This document shows, piece by piece, positions 13,335 through 28,394 of a stretch of DNA of 64,000 bases (positions are counted from its first letter, which is position 1; the number at the start of each line of letters is the position of its first letter). A program made the position numbers and the translations under genes. Below the pieces are notes generated by a model that ran no database searches, was not told where the DNA came from, and saw only the letters and a list, made by a program, of their open reading frames with translations. The stretch covers positions 19,096,001 through 19,160,000 of the forward strand of contig CM022677.1 of NCBI GenBank assembly GCA_012295275.1. The letters are read 5' to 3'. The stretch is from Chrysomallon squamiferum (lineage: Eukaryota; Animalia; Mollusca).

Positions 13335-13600
13335 TATAACGTAAAATATTTTCAGTTATTTGACACAAAAAAAAAGAATAAAATAACGTACAATATGTTC
13401 TGTTATTTGACAAAAAAAAAAAAAATAAATAAATAAAATAAAATAAAATAAAATAACGTAAAATATTTTCTGTTATTTGACAAAAAAAAAAAAAAAAAAA
13501 AAATAGAATAAAATAACGTAAAATATTTTCTGTTATTGCACAAAAAAGAATAAAACAAAATAACATAAAATATGTTCTGTTATTGCACAAAAAAAAAAAA
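13335..13600. repeat. Degenerate tandem repeat of ATAACGTAAAATATTTTCTGTTATTTGACA separated by variable A-rich linkers (~5 copies)
   Basis: Copies start near 13336, 13382, 13452, 13512 and 13560. Confidence 0.8.
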
Positions 13601-14702
13601 AATAAAAAAAAAAAAGAATCAAATATAACAGAAAAAGTCGTAAGACCCAGTTTTACGTTTGACGTTATCTGCTTGTGGCAATTTATCCGATGACCGTCGT
13701 CTTTGTCGGCTGCTCTTTTCAAAATGGCGCGTTTTCTTGTAACGCTAATAAACGAAGAGACGTCCATCGACAACATTCGCAGATTTGTTAAAAGATCTTT
13801 ATGAGCAAGCAAATGTCTGCTTAGACCTGGTGTCAAATGAAGAAACATGTTTGATTTACAAACGAGAAGAGGAAAACTAATTTTCAAAAATACAGTGGCT
13901 AGAGGTGGTAGAATCAGTTTCTTGTTTGTTGGGGTTTGATTTTCGAGATATTGGTTTTGTTTGTTTTTTATAATCATGGGTTTTTTTTTTTTAAACTTTT
14001 TTGCATTCTTTATGATCTTCTTGTTGTTTTTCTTTGCTCGTGGGTATTCCGTTTCGAATTCATAATTGTCTTCGTTTTTTTTTTTTTTTTATTTTTATTT
14101 TTTTTTTTTTTTTTTTCCTTTTTCTTTCGTGTCGGGTTACATTTCTTCGTTTTTTTTTTTTTTTTTTTTTTTCTGTTTTCTTCTGTGTTTCTTTTCCTCT
14201 CTTTTTCTTCTTTGTTGTTATCTTTTCTGTTATTTCGTGTTAGTTTTTCTTCTTTTTTTATCTTCCTTTATTTTCTCTTCATTTCTTGTTTTTTTTTTCC
14301 TCTTTCTTCTTTTTTTTTTTCTTTTGTTGTTTTTCTTCCTTTCTTTATCTCCTTCCTTCCTTCTTTCTTTTCTGTCCTTTCTTTCGTTTTTCTTTCCTCT
14401 TCTCCATCTTATTTTGCTCCTTTCGAAATCTTTCTTCTCCTTTCTTCTTCTTCTTCTTCTTCTTCTTCTTCTTCTTCTTCACTCGAAAACTGTCATTCAT
14501 ACTTTTCATACTATTACCACAATAACAACAAGAACTATTAAAACTATCCAGTGTTAGAACTGCTGCTATAATACTACTAACGCTGGGACTTCTACTGCTA
14601 CTGCAACACCAACACCAACAGCCGTTAGTAGGGAATGAACTTTAAAATGTGTCAAGAAAGATTTGTGGATTATGAATTGATGATTTATGAAAAATATATG
14701 TA

Positions 14703-14747
<45 letters not shown>

Positions 14748-14996
14748 TATAACAAAAATAATAATGATGATGATGATATAATAATAACAACAACAATAAT
14801 AATAATAATAATAATAAAAATAATGATAATGATAATAATAACAAAAATAATAATAATGATGATAAAGTAGTAATAGTAGTAGTAGTAATAAATAAATAAA
14901 TAAATAAAATAAAATAAAAAATAAAATAAAAAAAAAAAAAAAATTCAACAAATCAAAAAAACAAACCACAAACAAAACATTAACAAATAACTGACG

Positions 14997-15030
<34 letters not shown>

Positions 15031-15329
15031 ACGAAAATAAAGAAGACGAAGAAGAAAAAGCAAACAAACGAATTATTTGAAATAGCAACATCAGACACGT
15101 TCTTGACAGATTTTTTTTTATTACTCTGCGGCTAAGAAAGAAGTGAGTTAGTGTTTCGTGTTTTCTCGTTTTCTAAATTTGGACTCAGTCTGTCAGATCA
15201 ACGCGATTTCAGGTTAATATATATTTTTGCGCCAAGACATCGACTGTTTGTCGACATATTTTTACCCAAGGTGGTTTGATGCAGACGTCTGCGTATCTGC
15301 TGATGTGGTTTATATAAAAGTTTCAGTAC

Positions 15330-15635
15330 ATCGAGGTCTTCTCGTGTTAAAGATTATGTATATCGAGACTGGTATATCGGTACTGATTATTAAATCGATA
15401 TAATCAATATCAGTATGGCAGTCTCGATATATCTGATCTTGATTATATCGATATTAATTATGTCAAGGTCTTGTCGTGTAAAAGATTATGTATATCGAGA
15501 CTGGTATATCGGTACTGATTATATCGATATAATCAATATCACTATGGCAGTCTCGATATATCTAATCTTGATTATATGTCGAGGTGTTCGATAAAAATTA
15601 TGTATAGAGACTGGTATATCGGTACCATTATATCG
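15330..15635. repeat. Tandem ~130-bp units, each an internal fold-back palindrome (MITE-like or hairpin-RNA-like)
   Basis: Units 15350-15440 and 15482-15569, plus a partial third. Arms TATATCGAGACTG / CAGTCTCGATATA; perfect 20-bp central palindrome TGATTATATCGATATAATCA at 15516-15535. Confidence 0.85.
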
Positions 15636-15775
15636 CCCAGTGTATTCTCGTTATCGATCTTGATTACCAGTACCATTCGAGAAAATTACTACCATTAGTC
15701 TACAACTACTATAATTATTGCTACCAGACTATAATTACTACCACCACCACCACTACTACTACTACCACCACCACC

Positions 15776-15821
<46 letters not shown>

Positions 15822-16080
15822 TTATTATTATTATTATCATCATCATCATTATTTTTTATTTAGTTGTTTTGTTGTTGTTGTTGTTGCTGTTGTTGCCGTT
15901 GCTGATATTTCACGCCGTTCATCTTTTTTACTCTTTTTCACATTAAAACCAATTAACGTCAGCATTACACGATCGTCGCTGTATACCGGAAATGACGTCA
16001 ATAAGATCAGTGGTCTCCTAAGAATGATGCCGGTGGTTTCTTGGACACTAATTCATTTCTGTTAATTAATTAATTTTTTT

Positions 16081-16118
<38 letters not shown>

Positions 16119-17104
16119 AAACGAATCATTTCTTTTTTTGTTTAGCGTTTTACCCTGGGATATGGATTTCGTGTCGTTATTAAGAAGATTGAATGATCAA
16201 AAGCTGTATTATTCCTTTTTGTCCTTTCTAATTTTTTTTTTTTTTTGTTTTTTTAATATTTTTCTGATAATTATGGATTTTCTTTGAAAAGGAAATCAAA
16301 TTAAACTTGTTTTCTTTCTTAACAACAACAACAACAACAGCAACTACTACTACTATTACTGCTACTACTACTACTATTACAACTATTACTACTATTACTA
16401 CTGATTCTTTTACAGATACAAAGCAATTAACAGAGCATCAAATTACCCGATGTATCAAACAATCTATCAAAAATAATCGTCACATTAATTTTTCAAGGAA
16501 ACATTTTTTATCATCATAGTTTTATAGTTTGGAGGATCGATTTTTTTTAAATTTATTTATGCTATTATTCGGGATATCTCCCGTTCCAGCCTCTGAAGCA
16601 AGACTATGTTTGTTTATTTTTGGAGTAGTATATTTGAAATATAATAATATGTTGCTAATTATGTTAAAAAAAACCAGAAGTAAAGCATCGCAAATGTTTT
16701 TCTCTGGTCACTCTCTTTCAGGTCTCTCTAGCTTTCTCTATATCAGTCTAACAGTCTAACAATCCATATATGTATATCTCTTTCTTTTTACATATCTACT
16801 TCTCTGTAGATATGTCTATATATATGGCTAAATATCCATTAAGCTATCTATATCCAAGTATATATTTCCCTTTCCATCTATAAGTCAACTTATCCATATA
16901 CTTATCATCTATCTATATAATCTATATATGCACTTATCTATCAGTCTATTTGTTTACATATCCATCCATGTAATGTCTCTGTCTCTGTCTGTATCAGTCA
17001 ATCAGTCTGTCTGTCTGTCTGTCTATATATCTGTGTGTCCTTTTATATCTATACATATATCTGTCCATTTTTCTCTCTGCCTATCTATCTATCTATCTAT
17101 GTCT

Positions 17105-18100
<996 letters not shown>

Positions 18101-20122
18101 ACTTTATATCTATCTATCTATCTCTTCAACATACATTGAATTTTATTTCTAATTCTCTTTCTCTTTGTCCATCTAACTTTTTTTTTTCTTCTCTCACCCA
18201 ATTTATTGATCTGCGTCTGTCGCATTGATCTTTTTTTTTTTTTTTTTTACACAGCAAATTGAAGGCGTGAAACAAACTAAATAGCATTGTTAAAAGGGCG
18301 CGTCTTAACTGGATTCACGTTGACGTATCCGTTAACGCCTTTTTGACGTCGTAAATCTAATTCACCCCGACGACGTCGTTTTCAACTGCTCATCTATAAC
18401 ATTGTCTACGTCACTGAGACGTTTTTTTTTTTTAACCTTTGTTATTTAAAATTACATGGTATGGCTCGGATCTCTGTTTTCTTGTCTGTCTCTATCTATT
18501 TATATATTTGTCTGTCTGTCTGTCTGTCTGTATCTCTCTCTGTTTGTCTGTTTATCTATATATCTACCTATCTATACATCTACATTTATCTGTCTATTTT
18601 ACCTATCTATCCATCTGCATTTATCTGTCTATTTTATATAGTTATCTTCCTATCAGTATAATGTACATTAATTTCTCTGCATCTCTCAACACACTGTTTG
18701 TGATTTTCTGTCTTTCTGTGTCTTCTCATCACCTTCTAACAAACACACACACACAGACACACAGACACACTCACACACTCACACACACGCACACGCACAC
18801 ACTCACAAAGAAAACAGCCAAGCACTCAATGACCATCATAATCTTCACATCAGTTCCAAACAGTCAGATCTTTTCAAAGCAACGCGAACGTTCGAAACAC
18901 AAACCAGTTTTCTCTCTAATTAATTAGCAAGCTTTTAAAAAAATGGTGTGACGAATCCACTGATCGCATGATCCCCACTGTACCATCTCACACAGAGAGA
19001 TACACGCCAATCTTTGTGTACGAAAGGATGAAGACAGCAACTGATAATTGTCGTAAATTGTCAACAACAACAACAAAATTCAGTTAATAAAAAACAAAAA
19101 AAAAAATATACAGAAAAAATTTTCAGTTTTTGTAATCGTTTTATAAAAGAAACACAGTTGATTTTTCTAGTCTTTTGTAATCATTATTGCTGGTTTTAAC
19201 TACTACTTTAATATCACTAATTGCATTAACGCTTCAGCAACTTCAACAACTACTACTATAACAACAACTACTACTGCAACTACTACATCAATGACACCTT
19301 CATCTGCTGTTATTTCAGCTATTACTAGTACTTATGTTACTACTGCAACTATAACAAAACAATCTACTACTACTAAAACATTATTATTTCATTATTACTA
19401 ACTATAATTCAACAATTACGATTGTAACTACAATTTATACTGTCACTGCAACTACTACGACATTAACATACAACAACAATTATAATTATTGCTTCTGTTA
19501 TTTGCAACAGAACAACACCTACTACGATTACAACTATTTATTTCCTTTATTCACAGAGAGTTGCAACTGGATTTTATAAGTGTAAAATTTAGATCTGAAT
19601 TATTCAACTGTTCTGGTTTTGCAACAGTCTAAAACCCTGATGAAAATAAATTTAAATATCGACTTCAAAAACATAACAACATATTTTCAAATTGTTCAAA
19701 TACTAATAACTTCTTTCTTCAACCTAAAAGTATTTGTTGAATCGTGTTAACATTCAGGAGCGAATCAAGGGAATTTTTTAGGGGCTGGAGAAAAACAAAT
19801 TGACATTAACAAATAAAGAGAAAACACTATATTTGAGAGAGAGACTGATATTATAATTATTAGAGAGAGAGAGAGAGAGAGATTACTAGAACAGAACAAC
19901 AACTACTACGATTACAACTATTTAGAGAGAGAGAGAGAGAGGCAGAAAGAGAGAAAAAAGAGAAAGTGAATATATATTTGTATTTTTGAAAATGTATTTG
20001 ATTATGTGTTATGTCTGTCTGTAGGTTTGTCTCTCTCTTCTCTCTCAAAAATACAGAGACAGCAGAGAGACAGAGAGCAGAGAGACAGAGGCAAAGAGAG
20101 AGACAAAGAGAAACAGAAGTAA

Positions 20123-20184
<62 letters not shown>

Positions 20185-20358
20185 TGACAGACAGACCCCC
20201 CATCGACACCTTTCCCGACCTCTCCTGTAATTTCCTGATCGAGCTAATTGTATTTGCGCCGAAAAAGCTTTCAATTTTGCAGTTAAATTTGTGAACGGAA
20301 TCTAAATTAAAACTATTGATCTTGTTGTGTCTCAGAAATAGTGCAAATTAACGTCCTT

Positions 20359-20711
20359 GTACGAGCGAAGAGTGACGACATTTTAAAATCCTTATTACCA
20401 CGTCTTCTACCATTGTTTTGCTGCTACTACTACTACTACTACTACTATTACTACTACTAATACTATTGTTACTGCTACAGCTACTACAACTGTTGACTAC
20501 AACTACTGCATACTACTACTAATGTCCATGTACTGCTACTGCTAGAGTACTACATTTTAAAATCCTACTACCACGTCTTCTACTACATTGTTTTTGCTAC
20601 TGCTACTACTACTGTTACTACTACTACTACTACTATTGTTACTAATACTATTACTACTGTTACTACTACTACTACTTGCTGCTACTACTACTACTACTAC
20701 TACGAATACTG

Positions 20712-20767
<56 letters not shown>

Positions 20768-21060
20768 GTTAGTGCTACTACTACTACTACTACTACTACT
20801 GTTACTACTACTACTACTACTACTACTGCTACTGCTACTACTACTGCTACTGCTACTTCTTCTACTACTGCTACTACTACTGCTACTGCTACTACTCCTG
20901 CTGCTACTAATACGACTACTACTACTGCTACTGCTACTACTACTGCTGCTGCTACTACTACTACTACTGCGACTACTACTACTGTTAGTGCTACTACTGC
21001 AACTACGACTACTACTACTGCATACTGAGTATTAATGTCCATGTATGAGCGAAGGGTGAC
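20359..21060. repeat. (CTA)n/(CTG)n expansion within a local tandem duplication
   Basis: Bounded by direct repeats GTAYGAGCGAAGRGTGAC (20359 and 21043); ATTTTAAAATCC...CCACGTCTTCTAC recurs at ~20380 and ~20555; AATGTCCATGTA at 20521 and 21033. Confidence 0.8.
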
Positions 21061-21567
21061 ACTGATGAAACTTTAATCATAATTATTTCCATTGCCATCA
21101 TTACAATACTTCTGTCGTTATTTTTCGCTGCGTAATTAATTCTATCTGCAAGAACCTTTAATATTTGCTATTTCTTCTTCTGTTAATGTCCCGGGGGTAC
21201 ACTAAAAGCGTTTATCAGACTGAGGGGGCGGGACAGACTGAAAAGAATAAATAGTGCAAGGCACATGTATAATGATGAGCAAAAGTGTCAAGGTCGTTTT
21301 TAGTATTGATTTTTTTTGTTGTTTTTTTTCTCTCGAATTTTGAAATTTTTATATAGTTTTTTTTTTTTTTTTCTTCTTGTTATAATTTTTAAATTTCATT
21401 TCGTATGCTTGTGTAATTTTGTGTGGCTTTTTTAAAATTAGTTGGTTAATTTAGTAATTCTTTAGTTTTTTTTCTTTCTTTCTTTCTTTCTTTGCTTTTT
21501 TCTTTTGTTTTTATTTTACGTTTTCATTTATTTATTTGTTTGTTTGTTTAATTACACATTTACCTAG

Positions 21568-21606
<39 letters not shown>

Positions 21607-22323
21607 TTATTTATTTATTAATTAATTAATTTATTTTTGTTGTTTATTTTTCATGTTTTGTTTGTTTGTTTGTTTATGTACATATGTTATTTATTTGTAT
21701 ATATATGTACATATGTGTGTGTATATTTATTAATGTTTTTTATAGGTTGTATGTATATATGTATATATGTTTGTTATATATATAATATTATAGATATAGA
21801 TATAGATAGAATCCAGATAGATAAATCCATACATATAAAATATGTTTGTTTATCTGAATATTCCACTTACAAACATTTGCTAAAGTATTTTAACGACCCT
21901 CAAAAAAAAGCCTTAATAATTATAACGCCATAAATATGCAAACGACGATTATCATTTTAACTATTTCCATTGTATCTACTTTCAACAACTACCACAATAC
22001 TAACAGCTACTACCGAAAAGAAAGAGATAATGAAAGAGAAATCCTTCTACCACATCGCAGTAAACTAGTTTCATTTCCTTTGAATTTTGTTACATGAGAC
22101 GGTAAGAATAAACAATAATAAAATTCTGTCTCTTTCACAGACACACACACACACACACAGACACACACACACACGTTTGTATCTGTGAAATAAAATTAAA
22201 TAAAATAAATAAACACCAAAAAACCAAAAGAAAAAGTAAAATGATGACATAACAACAATAACAACAACAACAACAACATAATAATAATAATAATAATCTC
22301 AATATAACAAAACAACCTACTTT

Positions 22324-22411
<88 letters not shown>

Positions 22412-23421
22412 AAAAAAAACAACAACAGAACAATAACATTTAAAAAGATAAACCAAATCCTACACGTAGCCTTAAGGTGCCTTTCGTGGTATACGGTCAC
22501 GACAAACACGCACTAACTAATGGACAAATGTGAAGAAATGTTTTTCTTTTTTTTTACATGACGTATATTAATTATTTTCCACAATACCGGGGATTCTAAT
22601 TATTCCATTAGTCTCTGTGTCTTAAGGACTCGTCAAAGAATCTTCATTTGAGCCGACAACACTGGCGTTTCTTGGTTTCAGCAACACATCGAATCATCTG
22701 ATTGCTTCGGACACAACCCTAATTATCAGTTCCCATAACCATTACATAGGCAGCCATATTAGCGAAGAATATAAACAGCTGACACATCAGCGTGACGTCA
22801 TCACAAATGATGTAATTAAGAGGCGCTGTTTGGGTGGGTTTTGAAAAACAAAGGTTTGGAAACTGTGGTCCTGATTACAAGTGAGTGAGAGTAGCAACGG
22901 CAGAAACAACAACTACGAGGACGACGAAAATAAATAAATAACGACAACAGCAGAAAAACGTATTGTTTTTCTGTCTGTTCCATTGATCCGTAAATCTTTT
23001 TTTTTCATTTCTTTCTTTTTATTCTTTCACTCATTCCTTTCTTTCGATCTTTCATTCTTTTCTTTTATTATTAGTTTTTCTTTTCTCATTTTTCTTTGTT
23101 TCTTCTTTTATTCATTTATTCCTATTATTTTCTAGAGTTTCATTCCTTTGTCATTCTTTTCTTTTTTATCTTTCTTTTTCTTTATTTATTTATTTATTTA
23201 TTTATTTATTATTTATTTTTTTTTTCCTTTTTTCCTTTTCTCTCATTCTTTTCTAAACTTCATTTTTTTTTTTTTCTTTTTTCTTACACCACCATCATTC
23301 TTTCATTCTTTCTTTCTTTCTATCCTATCTCTTATTCTTTTGACTTTCTTTCTTTCGTTCTTTTTTCCCTCACTCCTCCTCTCTTCCTTTCTTCTCTCCT
23401 TTCAGTCACGTGACATCTTAC

Positions 23422-23879
23422 CTGTGTGTAAGGAAGCAGAACGACCAACGAAAAAATCACCGTCACGGCACCCATCTGCGTGCACAGAAACGCCTTCCTG
23501 ATTGGATAATACACCGCCACCACCCTCTCTATCGCCATGCACACCACCAACCACGACGACATCAGGTAGCACATGTGCTCGTAGAAGTTGTACACGCTGC
23601 ACGCGACGTCGCTGAAGTTCACGTACAGGCCGGGCTCGCCGGCAAACTTTCTTAGGTCGTGAACCAGATTCAGTTCCCGGTTTACCAGCGTGAGCGAATC
23701 GAACACGGCCAGCGCGCACAGGAAGTGGCTGTACGACTTGTGACGCCACATCTTCGTCTTCATGACAATGAACGTCAACGTGTTTCCGCACAGTCCTATG
23801 ACGACGATGAACGGTGTGACGATCTGTTTGAGCCACCAGCCCCACCTGGAGGGGTGGTCTCCGAAATCCAGATGTGAGC
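23422..23879 (-). CDS. GPCR exon 2 (TM1-TM4)
   Basis: Acceptor (ATT)nCCAG|GC, donor CAG|GTAAGA; 458 bp, phase 1 to 0. Translation SHLDFGDHPSRWGWWLKQIVTPFIVVIGLCGN...LAVFD...ERVVAVYYP...LLPYTQ. Confidence 0.94.
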
Positions 23880-23882
23880 CTG

Positions 23883-23883
<1 letters not shown>

Positions 23884-23951
<68 letters not shown>

Positions 23952-23956
23952 TGATG

Positions 23957-24022
<66 letters not shown>

Positions 24023-24240
24023 GTAATAATATTAATAATAATAGTAATAATAATAATAGTAATAACAGTAATAGTAATAATAGTAATAGTAATATTAATG
24101 GTGATGATGACAATGATGAAGATATTAATAATGATGATGATGATGATAATACTGCTACTAATAATAATCATAATGATGAAGGTGGTGATGATGACGTAGA
24201 TGATGATGATGATGATGATAATAATGATAATAAGAAGAAA
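23884..24240. repeat. (AAT)n/(GAT)n microsatellite directly abutting the GPCR exon 2 acceptor
   Basis: Direct reading. Confidence 0.93.
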
Positions 24241-24298
24241 AAGAAGAACTACAACAACGTCAACAATGATAATGGATAACAGAGCGAGCGAGCGAGCG

Positions 24299-24582
<284 letters not shown>

Positions 24583-25326
24583 GAAATTGCGAAAGACAAA
24601 TAGAGAAACAGATGCGAACATTAACGAAAGAAACAAATAAGTTATAAATTATTTCCTTGCCTTTCATACAAACTGATCACTTTTTTTATTATTATTATTT
24701 TTTTTTTTTTAATGAAAAATTACAAAACTATTATTTTTTTTTCTTTCGCTCAAAAACTGATCCCCTGGTATTCTTCGGCTTAACAATAACTACCGTATTT
24801 CCTGAACTAATTATCCCCCCTGTTCTGTTAACTCTTGTGTAAAGGAGACGAGGAATTTCATCCAGATAAGCGTCGACTTAAATAGATTCAAGAACGATAA
24901 CTCATTTCCTGATGGAAGCGATTACCGATACAAATTAGTACCAGAGTCATCAAAACTGGGTTACGCCATTTATTGTTATTATTATTATTATTATTTTTTT
25001 TTTTTTCACCATCAGATTTTTCTCTTATTCCTGCAGATAAAACTCTCGCCTGAAGCGCTGAGAGTATCTGGATCAAACCTTGTGGATGTCTTTTTTTTTC
25101 ATAGTCCATTTGATATTCTTATATGTACGAACGCAAATGGACAAATATGTTTATGAGATGAACGCGAAATCGTTTGCAGCGAAATATTGTTGTATTATAT
25201 CAGTGTGTGAGAGCCAGATTATGTAGAGAGAGAGGTAGAGATTTATATATAGATGTTTATAGTATATATATATATATATTCATCAAAGTGCGTCTCTATA
25301 TATATCTATGCACATATATATATATA

Positions 25327-25357
<31 letters not shown>

Positions 25358-26400
25358 CTATGTATGTACTTGTGGATACATATAAATACGGACGTATGAA
25401 TGTTTTTTCTATACGTGTTTAGTACATAATACTTATAGCGATATAACGTGCCAAGGAATCATTTAGATCACAATCAGCTCATTGAGCGAGTCCCAGTGTT
25501 TAAGACAAAAATAATAAATCTTGGAATGAGTGTCACAGACAATCGAACTGTTCCGTTATTTTACTCCACGTCATGGTAATTTTTGGGTTAATAGTCCACG
25601 AGGTGAAGAGTTGAAGAAAAAAAAAGAGGATAATGAAGATGAAGATGAAAAATAAGAAGAAGAAAAGAAGAAATAAGATGATGATGATGATGATGAAATG
25701 AATTAAGAAGAAAAGAAAAAATAAAAAATGATGAAAAAGATGATGAAAGATGATGAAAAAGTGGTGGAAGAAGAAAAATGAAAAAAAAATGAAAAGAAAG
25801 AAGGAACGAAAGAAAAGAAAAAGAAAAAAGAGCTAAACAAAAGAAAGAAAAAAAGAAGAACGATAACAATTATCTTAGAAGTGTAATCAAAACCTGGTAA
25901 CCGTCGATAAAGAAAAACACGTAAAAACAAAAGCAGCATCGAACGAGAAACAATTGTTGTAAATTTAGAATGCAGTGACCTGGTTTTTTCAATAATTGTT
26001 TACACGTATTTGACCTATTTTCGCCCACTCTGGCCTGGGAAGGACGAAGACCAAAAAAAATAAAAATAAAAAATAAAATTATTGAATACAGAAGCTATAA
26101 GTTCAATGACTCGCCTTAAGACAAGTAATTCTATCTTGACATCAGTTATCTTTTTTTTTCTTCTTCTTCTTCTCATTCTTTTTTTATCCTTATTCATTTT
26201 TGTATGAAGAGTTCAAAAAATAATAATAATAAAAATAATAATAATCGCAATAATAATAATGTCAATGTCCGCGCGTTTAGTTAAAAAATACACCGCTTTT
26301 TATAATCGTGCTACGCTTTGCTTTAGTTTAATGCGGTGACGCTAGTTTGTGAGGGTTACCAGTGGATGACGATTTAAAGAACAAAGGAACGAATAGTTTT

Positions 26401-26480
<80 letters not shown>

Positions 26481-26584
26481 ATTGACATACTTCTACGTTA
26501 TAACACTGAACGAAAAAGAGAGAGATCCCTGATAATGAGAAACGAAGGGAGAGACAGTTTGAAGAACACAGAGAGACAGAAACT

Positions 26585-26645
<61 letters not shown>

Positions 26646-27610
26646 GGACGTTGTCTGACGCTGTCGAATCAAACGAAAAATCTGTTTATGATGATGATTT
26701 GAAGAAGACTGACAGAAATCTTGTTCATCATTTGACGAGTGTTTTCTGAGACGAGAAAAAATAAGAAATCATCATTTGACGAGTAATTTATTTAAAAATT
26801 TTCTTTTATTTAATTTTTAACTGATTGATTAATTAATTAATTAAATTATTTATTTATTTATTTATTTATCTATCTATTTATTTACTTAATTTTATTTATT
26901 TATTTATTTATTCATTTATTATTATTTTTTCTATTGTTTCTTCTTTTTCTTTATCTTCTTTTCTTCTCTTACATTTTTCTTCTTCTGTTTCTTATCTTTT
27001 CTTCTTAATTATTATTTTTTAAATCTTCGTTTTTCTATCATCATCATCTTTATCTTCTTTTTCGTCCTCGTCTTTTCCTTTTCCTTCTTCTTTTTCTTCG
27101 TCATCATCATCATCATCATCTTCTTCTTCTTCTTCTTCTTCTTCTCATTCTTTCGCTCCGCGTTCTTTCGTTCGAATTATTTCTAAACCTACTCGACGTC
27201 TGCACGCCTCTGATCGAGAGGTTTCGTTTCCCGAACACCTCCGATCGCATCCGGAAACAACCGAACTCGACTTTCCCGGGCGCTGGCATCCGTGGTTGGC
27301 AGACGACAGATCTAATAAGATTTTTATAATTAGATCGATCAAGACGTGCACAGGGGAGAAGAGCCAGCACTCTAAATCAATCGTGTAACATTATCTGCGA
27401 AACGTCGAAAGGATTTGTGTGTGTGATTAGAGAGAGTGATTACAAGGGAGAGAAATAGTTAGCATCAATTATCAGTTAAGCTACATGATTTTGAATTTTT
27501 TATTATTATTATTATTTTTTTTTCGTTAAAAGAATCGTTATAAAATAATTAACGTATACAAGAAATTTAAGTATTTATTAGTTAATTAATTAACTATTTA
27601 TTTATCTAAT

Positions 27611-27644
<34 letters not shown>

Positions 27645-28358
27645 CGATCGCGTCAAACAACATATCTAAGAAAATCACATTGATGTGAAAGAAAAAGCGT
27701 CATATTCAAAACTGAATTCCTTCGTTCCTCAGATTTATTAAAATATATATATATACATACATATGCGTGTGTGTGTGTGTATCTATCTATCTATACACTC
27801 TATGACGCACAAACACGTTATACTCTGTTTACGAAACCAGTCATGACGTCATAATTCCTGAACTATAACGCAGTCATTTCACGAAACAACGTCTTTGACC
27901 GCCAGTAATTACGTGAAACGAGTGGAAATTTCCGTCACTTCACGAAACAGTCGAAAAACTTTCTTGTACCCGTCATTTCCAGGAAATGATAAACAGAAAC
28001 GGAAAAGGAAGCCAGACGTTTGCATATCGACAAGAAATGGTAAATATATTCACGGCTCCTAGTTAACCACGATATGAATATTCATGAGTTTTTTTTTTTT
28101 TTTTTTTTTTTTACGTAATCAGCTGCTATAATGGAAGGCAGGAAACGCTTCAGTTGGTTTTTAAATCATTTTGCCGAGATTCGGCTGTCAGTTTTCGAGT
28201 CGAACTGGCTGAGTGAAAATTTCCCATTTAGAATTTTCCCCATTTTCCTCGCAAATTTGTTTATGATTTGTCGTATAATCTAAAATGACGCCCAGTATGT
28301 TTCCTGTAATTTTCAAAGGCTGAACAAATTTAGAACTTACAAAAAATTAAAAAAATTA

Positions 28359-28394
<36 letters not shown>

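Noticed and set aside
13321-13977. 218-aa - strand ORF
   Set aside because: Half derives from the poly(T)-linked tandem repeat; the remainder has no recognisable domain.
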